Assembly (NCBI GenBank): GCA_041662205.1
Contig: JBAZSZ010000001.1
Location: forward strand, 226,494-290,493
Direction of reading: 5' to 3'
Source: Minisyncoccota bacterium
GTDB taxonomy: Bacteria; Patescibacteriota; Minisyncoccia; Phycocordibacterales; UBA9973
Length of the DNA: 64,000 bases
In this document: positions 59,068-64,000 of the stretch, piece by piece
How the letters are laid out: each line of letters opens with the position of its first letter
How positions within the stretch are numbered: the first letter of the stretch is position 1
The notes under the pieces: model-generated
Database searches by the model: none
Told to the model about the DNA's origin: nothing
Seen by the model: the letters and a program-made list of their open reading frames with translations, nothing else
Made by a program: the position numbers and the translations under genes

Positions 59068-59901
59068 TTAAATCATTAAAAATATTAAACCAACAACAAT
59101 AAAAATAAATGAAATAATTTTAATTAATACATGTTTTTCATGAAAATATTTATTCCCTGAAATGATTGACCATAAAATAGAAAAGGCTCTTTTGCCACTT
59201 GTGATTATTGAAGCAGGAGCATAGACATACGCAACACCTACGATAGCACCACCGATACCATTTGAGAAAGATTGAATGAAAAAATTTTTCTTAAAAATAA
59301 ATCCAAAAGGATTTTCTTTAAATTTCCAAACAGACATTATAAATAAAAAAGATAATAAAAAAATATGAGTAATGATCTGCTGAGCTTCAACAGAATTATA
59401 ATAAGTAATGCAATATTTATAAATAGAAATAGTCGCTACTGCATTGATTGTGGAAAATACAACGTAACCAATCCCTTTTTTATTAATACCATGATTAATG
59501 AGTAAAATAATAAGACCTAAAACTATTATAAAAATCCCAAATAAACTTAAAATATTTATACTATACCCTAGGATTATATCCACCACGAGTAAAAGAGGTA
59601 TCGTGCCAATCATTAAAAACCCAAAGGTACTGCGGTCAGCCTCAACTATCGCATGAAGAGTAGAATAAATTTGAGCCATTTCCAAAATTATTAATAAAGA
59701 AAAAATTGGTATTGATGCAGGATTAAATATAAAATTATTTTTCAAAAGAGCAAAAACAATAAATATTATTAAACTCCAAAAAATATTCAAAAAACCAAAA
59801 GTATAAATATTTTCTTTTTTATTTAAAACTTCCCACTTTCCAAAAGATGAAGATATTTCACTAAAAAAAGTTCCTATCGCGGTTAAGATTAAGCCAATCA
59901 T
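59068..59901 (-). CDS. DMT/EamA-like membrane protein
   Basis: About ten TM helices, YFHEK. Confidence 0.65.
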   Translation of the reverse strand: MIGLILTAIGTFFSEISSSFGKWEVLNKKENIYTFGFLNIFWSLIIFIVFALLKNNFIFNPASIPIFSLLIILEMAQIYSTLHAIVEADRSTFGFLMIGTIPLLLVVDIILGYSINILSLFGIFIIVLGLIILLINHGINKKGIGYVVFSTINAVATISIYKYCITYYNSVEAQQIITHIFLLSFLFIMSVWKFKENPFGFIFKKNFFIQSFSNGIGGAIVGVAYVYAPASIITSGKRAFSILWSIISGNKYFHEKHVLIKIISFIFIVVGLIFLMI

Positions 59902-59902
59902 G

Positions 59903-61315
59903 TTAGGAATTATATTCCTCAATAAATTTATACAAAAGCCGTACTGGAGTACCAAGAGCGCCGATAGCTAGATTTTCCCCTGACATAGGTGTCATCCTAG
60001 AAGCAATGTCTACATGTGCCCATTTGGGAGTTTTTTTATTTTCATCTTTATTTTTTATAAATTGATATAAGAAGATTGCGCCATAGATAGCTCCACCATA
60101 ACGAGAATCTTTATTATGAACATTTGTAAAGTCACCTATGGATCCTTTTATTTCATTTTCATATTCTTCCCACATGGGTAAACGCCAAACATAGTCTCCA
60201 GTTTTTTCTCCTGTTTCTTCAAGTTTTTTTGCCAATTCATCATCATTACTAAAAATTGCCGAAGCTCTCTCTCCGAGGGCTACCGCTGCAGCACCAGTCA
60301 AAGTTGCAACATCTATCACCACATCTGCATTATATTTTCCTGCATAAGTTAACGCATCTGCGAGAATCACCCTTCCCTCTGCGTCAGTATTCAAAACTTC
60401 AATTGTTTGCCCCGACATTGAACGAATCACATCTCCAGGACGATAACTTTTTCCCGAAGTCATATTTTCTACAGCAGGAATAAGTGCAATTACATTCTTT
60501 TTTAATTTCATTTTCGCAGCTAAAGCAATAGTATGTATTACTGCCGCGCCACCAGACATGTCCATATTCATTCCAAGAAGCGAAGACGATGGTTTCAAAT
60601 TTATACCACCCGCATCAAAAGTCACCCCTTTGCCTACGAGAACAATTGGCTTTTCATTTTTACTACTACCCCAGTATTCCATAATAATAAATTTTGATTC
60701 TTCATCTGAACCTCGCCCCACTGAAAGAATAGCTTGCATTTTTTGTTTCTCCATTTCTTTCTCACCCAGCACTGTGACTTTTACCGGTAAATTTTTTACT
60801 GTATACTTTGCTTTTTTTGCTAAAATTTGTGGAGTCATGTCTCCTCCGGGAATATTTGATAGTGTTCGAGTTTTGTTTACCTCTTCTGCTATTGTGTGAC
60901 CTTTCAAAATAGCTTTTTCTATTTCAGTATTTGTTCCAGAAATTATTATTTCTTTGATTAAGTTAAATCCTTCTTTGGGTGGAGTTTTATATTCATTAAA
61001 TTCATAATTAGCAAAATCCAGTTGAGAACCTATTACTTCTGCCAATTCTGCTTCAGAAAGTTTTATATTTTTAAATACAAAATCATTAAAATCAAAAGCT
61101 AACTTTTCTGCTTTTATGTTTTTTGCATTTACAATCATCTTACGCACAAGCAAAAAAAGCTTTCGCAAGTTCATTTTTTCTGCTTCATCGCATTTTAAAT
61201 AGAGTGACTTTATTCCACTCTCCTTCATAATTTCGTCTTTATTTTTTGAGCCAACAGAGACAAAAAGTGCCTCCTCTTTTACATCTTTTGCATTATCCTT
61301 AAAAGTTATTTTCAT
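59903..61315 (-). CDS. pepA: Leucyl aminopeptidase (M17)
   Basis: VGKGVTFDAGG, DMSGGA, NTDAEGR, ATLTGA, HVDIA. Confidence 0.96.
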   Translation of the reverse strand: MKITFKDNAKDVKEEALFVSVGSKNKDEIMKESGIKSLYLKCDEAEKMNLRKLFLLVRKMIVNAKNIKAEKLAFDFNDFVFKNIKLSEAELAEVIGSQLDFANYEFNEYKTPPKEGFNLIKEIIISGTNTEIEKAILKGHTIAEEVNKTRTLSNIPGGDMTPQILAKKAKYTVKNLPVKVTVLGEKEMEKQKMQAILSVGRGSDEESKFIIMEYWGSSKNEKPIVLVGKGVTFDAGGINLKPSSSLLGMNMDMSGGAAVIHTIALAAKMKLKKNVIALIPAVENMTSGKSYRPGDVIRSMSGQTIEVLNTDAEGRVILADALTYAGKYNADVVIDVATLTGAAAVALGERASAIFSNDDELAKKLEETGEKTGDYVWRLPMWEEYENEIKGSIGDFTNVHNKDSRYGGAIYGAIFLYQFIKNKDENKKTPKWAHVDIASRMTPMSGENLAIGALGTPVRLLYKFIEEYNS

Positions 61316-61404
61316 GCTTAGATTATATACCTTTTTAGAAAAAATTCAAAAAATAGCATTTTATTAAAAATATCAATAAAAAAGTTTTCCACACCTCTAT
61401 TAAC

Positions 61405-61442
61405 TACTTTACTTGACTAAAGTACTTTAGTTTGATAAAGTA
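61405..61442 (+). promoter_or_regulatory. Tandem HisR-type operators overlapping the promoter
   Basis: TACTTTACTTGACTAAAGTA (61405-61424) and TACTTTAGTTTGATAAAGTA (61423-61442) covering TTGACT-17-TAAAGT. Confidence 0.85.
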
Positions 61443-61447
61443 GCTGT

Positions 61448-61843
61448 ATGAGTAAAGGAATGAATAAAAATACATCAATCGAAACAGTTAAGCTAATTCA
61501 GGGAATTGGTTCAGGAATGAACTGGAACGATAAGAAAAATAAACAATTTATTGAAGCTATTTTGGTCTTAAAGAATGAAAATGAAGCTAAACTCTTTTTA
61601 CGTGATTTAATGACTGAGAGCGAAATAAAAGAATTTGCTAATCGTCTAGAAGCTGCTCGCCTGCTCTCAAGAGATGTGCAATATAATGCCATTATCGAAA
61701 GCACCGGTCTTTCTTCTGCAACCATCGCACGAATAGCAAAATGGCTGAAAGGGTCGCTTGGTGGATATCGTTTAATTCTATTTCGCCTATCAAACAACCA
61801 TCACAACTCTTCCAAACTTGGGAAAGGGTTACTTTTGAGCTGA
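61448..61843 (+). CDS. TrpR-like YerC/YecD (HisR) repressor
   Basis: FLRDLMTESEIKEFANRL, TGLSSATIARIAKWL..GGY; tail NNHHNSS. Confidence 0.9.
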   Translation: MSKGMNKNTSIETVKLIQGIGSGMNWNDKKNKQFIEAILVLKNENEAKLFLRDLMTESEIKEFANRLEAARLLSRDVQYNAIIESTGLSSATIARIAKWLKGSLGGYRLILFRLSNNHHNSSKLGKGLLLS

Positions 61844-61910
61844 TAATTATATTTTAAATTTTTTTTTGAAATTAACCCCTTCCTAAGTTTACTAGGAAGG
61901 GGTTTTGCGT
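61799..61910 (+). promoter_or_regulatory. His-codon attenuator in the 3' end of the TrpR-like gene
   Basis: CAT CAC then hairpin 61805-61830; 61814-61830 complementary to 61874-61890; terminator 61874-61904. Confidence 0.75.
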
Positions 61911-61974
61911 TGTCCACTGAAACGCTATGGTTTCCCTCCATCAGGGATAAATTTGTTCTTTGAAAGGAGAAAAA

Positions 61975-62154
61975 ATGAAGAAATTAAATCCTCACACATG
62001 TATTTTGTCCCAGAGAGAAATTGAGAAATTGCTCGAACCTATTGAGGATCATGGTCATTGTTATAGTGCAATAGCTCAATCAATGATCAGAGCTGAAAAG
62101 GAGAGAAGAAAATTTAGCTGTAAGCAGTGTATAAAAGGAGAAAATTATGGATGA
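61975..62154 (+). CDS. Small Cys/His-containing protein
   Basis: AAGGAG SD; HTC, HGHC, CKQC. Confidence 0.6.
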   Translation: MKKLNPHTCILSQREIEKLLEPIEDHGHCYSAIAQSMIRAEKERRKFSCKQCIKGENYG

Positions 62155-62305
62155 TCGTATTTGGTGTCCCAATTGCAACAAGTGGAATTTTGTAAAAATT
62201 TTAAAAATCATAACCACGAAAGAAAATGACGGGACTTGGATTTTCAAAACAAAATGCAAATGCACTGCTTGTAAACACAAATGGACTGACATTGAAAAAT
62301 TTTAA
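62147..62305 (+). CDS. 52-aa zinc-ribbon protein (absent from ORF track)
   Basis: MDDRIWCPNC...KCKCTACKHKWTDIEKF; AAGGAG SD; overlaps previous stop. Confidence 0.65.
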   Translation: MDDRIWCPNCNKWNFVKILKIITTKENDGTWIFKTKCKCTACKHKWTDIEKF

Positions 62306-62327
62306 CATCGCGTTCATTAACGCAACA

Positions 62328-62357
62328 AATGGGCTACTCGTAAACGAGTAGCCCATT
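62328..62357. terminator. Perfect 13-bp terminator hairpin
   Basis: AATGGGCTACTCG-TAAA-CGAGTAGCCCATT between convergent genes. Confidence 0.8.
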
Positions 62358-62387
62358 ACTATTTTTATCCAATTATTTATTTCTATC

Positions 62388-62407
62388 TACTTTACTAAAC
62401 TAAAGTA
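62388..62407. promoter_or_regulatory. Orphan HisR-type operator
   Basis: TACTTTACTAAACTAAAGTA. Confidence 0.6.
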
Positions 62408-62425
62408 ACCAGTATTTACAAAAAA

Positions 62426-63349
62426 TTAAATTATGTTTTCCTGACTCTCACGCAACCTGGCAATTTGATAAATACTAAAGACGAGAATGATAGCGGCGAG
62501 CCATTGGGTAAATGAAAGCACCGTGTGATTGACGATAAAATCCAATAAAATAGCTACAAACGGAAAAGTTAATTCTAGGATCGTCGAAATGTGAACTGGG
62601 GTTTTTGCTAATCCTTTGTAGTAAATAAGCAAAGCAACCATGCCGGTAGAAACAGCGATCAGCGCCAGCAGACCAAATTGGGAAACATTTGGCAAAGCAA
62701 AACTTCCTTCATTAGTCCTTCCATACAAAAGCACTAATGGTAAAGCAACAACTATGGTAAAAAGAAATCGATAAAACGTACTGACTTCAGCGCGAACTTT
62801 TCCTAAAAGCATTTTAGAAAATGTCGTAGACGAACCCCAAGCAAAAGCAGCACCGAGTGCATAAAGTGCTGCTATTATTGTCCCCTCTCCAGTTTGAAAA
62901 TTCACAACGCCATTTGAAAAAGTAACAAAGTATGCAGAAACTAATGCAAGTAATGCCCATTTGATATACCTGTTATCAAATTTCTCTTTTAGAAAAATGG
63001 TAGCGGTAGTAATAGCAAATAATGGCTGAAGTTTTTGCAAAAGAAATACCACTGAGATGGTAATAAAGTGAACTTTCCCTAAAGCCGTCGTAAACCAAAG
63101 CGTACCTAAAAGTCCGCTCAAAATTGCTATCAAAATAACCAGCCACCATTCACGTTTACTAAGCCTAGTTTCTAAAACGTATTTAAGGACAAAGGGAGAT
63201 AAAATAATTAAACCAATCAAATGCTCAAAGAATATTATAGTGATCGGTGGTAGCAAATATAAATGCTGGCGAATGAGTCCGTCAAAAGCCCAAAGCAAAG
63301 CCGCAATGATAATAAAAACTGGACCTGTGTATCGAAAGTTTTTTAGCAT
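62426..63349 (-). CDS. EamA/DMT family transporter
   Basis: AALLWAFDG, LQKLQPLF, FLKEK, YYKGL, ELTFP. Confidence 0.9.
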   Translation of the reverse strand: MLKNFRYTGPVFIIIAALLWAFDGLIRQHLYLLPPITIIFFEHLIGLIILSPFVLKYVLETRLSKREWWLVILIAILSGLLGTLWFTTALGKVHFITISVVFLLQKLQPLFAITTATIFLKEKFDNRYIKWALLALVSAYFVTFSNGVVNFQTGEGTIIAALYALGAAFAWGSSTTFSKMLLGKVRAEVSTFYRFLFTIVVALPLVLLYGRTNEGSFALPNVSQFGLLALIAVSTGMVALLIYYKGLAKTPVHISTILELTFPFVAILLDFIVNHTVLSFTQWLAAIILVFSIYQIARLRESQENII

Positions 63350-63672
63350 AAATTTATATCTTTTTTTATTTGATTAATTAATTCTTCTTCAGTATTAAAA
63401 TTTTTATATTCTCTCAAAAATTTATTTAATGTAAGTTTTACCTCTTTCCCATAAGCATCCCCATGATACCCTATCAAATGCGCATCTATCTTATTATTAG
63501 AGTCTATTGCGATACCAGCTCGATAAACAACATTATCTAAAAATACTTCACCGGCATACACCCCCGCAGGTGGTAATTCTTTTGCCTGCGTTTCCAAGTT
63601 TACCGTTGGGAAACCAATCTTTCTACCATATTGATCCCCTTTTATAACTTTGCCGAAAATTTCGTATTGCAT
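63343..63672 (-). CDS. Stand-alone riboflavin kinase
   Basis: GKVIKGDQYGRKIGFPTVNL, GVY, FLRE..F. Confidence 0.9.
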   Translation of the reverse strand: MQYEIFGKVIKGDQYGRKIGFPTVNLETQAKELPPAGVYAGEVFLDNVVYRAGIAIDSNNKIDAHLIGYHGDAYGKEVKLTLNKFLREYKNFNTEEELINQIKKDINLC

Positions 63673-63681
63673 TTTTAAATT

Positions 63682-64000
63682 TTAAAACCCTTCTTCACTC
63701 AACCTCTCATCAATACGATTCATATCTCTCGGAAACATACAAGCCTCACGAATATTTTTAAGTCCCAAAAGTTGCATCGTTATACGCTCGGCACCAAAAG
63801 AAAATCCTCCTTCTGGTGGAACTCCATATTTAAAGGCTTCCAAAAACATTTTAATTTTATTTGGATCCATTTCCCAAAGCTTTACATGTTCATTCAGCTG
63901 TTCGTAATTATTTATTCTACGTCCGCCAGAGAGCCATTCAACTCCACGACAGATAAGGTCCATCCCTTCATTGTATTCAGGCTCTTCTGGATTGGGATAA
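63682..64000 (-). CDS. aspS: Aspartyl-tRNA synthetase (archaeal/non-discriminating type), C-terminal part; runs off window
   Basis: LSGGRR, AFKYGVPPEGGFSFGAER, FPRD. Confidence 0.85.
   Translation of the reverse strand, partial: YPNPEEPEYNEGMDLICRGVEWLSGGRRINNYEQLNEHVKLWEMDPNKIKMFLEAFKYGVPPEGGFSFGAERITMQLLGLKNIREACMFPRDMNRIDERLSEEGF

Noticed and set aside
1-64000. CRISPR array, retron, DGR, rRNA, intact tRNA, known riboswitches in the pur cluster
   Set aside because: By eye, no repeat-spacer array, reverse transcriptase, full cloverleaf or purine/ZTP aptamer was found; most short antisense track ORFs are shadows of real genes

Overview
AT-rich bacterial chromosome segment. Gene content and order (gltX-murG-ftsW-mraY, ctpA-rplI/rpmA, scpAB, three CQNC...YCEKCYQQEVY cysteine-rich proteins, many apparently leaderless genes) point to a Patescibacteria/CPR (Parcubacteria-like) genome; this is an inference. 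Positions 1-7.8 kb are the end of an integrated island: a receiver-domain/HNH/adenine-methyltransferase operon, a large serine recombinase, a c4-antisense-like structured RNA, a tRNA-Gln-shaped RNA, a recombinase remnant and an inverted-repeat-closed DUF1508 unit. Positions 7.8-20 kb hold accessory enzymes. Positions 20.4-39.9 kb are a nearly complete de novo purine cluster (purLQFND, purA-guaB, guaA, purH, purEMCB; no purK), unusual for CPR. Positions 40-64 kb are cell-wall, division and housekeeping genes. The strongest hidden signals are regulatory. First, an unannotated 27-aa Cys-Cys-Cys leader peptide with complete attenuator hairpins lies upstream of cysE. Second, a TrpR-like/HisR gene ends in a His-His tail that overlaps an attenuator. 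Third, four HisR-type operator boxes are present, one directly before a cysteine-rich protein gene, although the window has no his genes. All calls come from reading the sequence; no searches were run.
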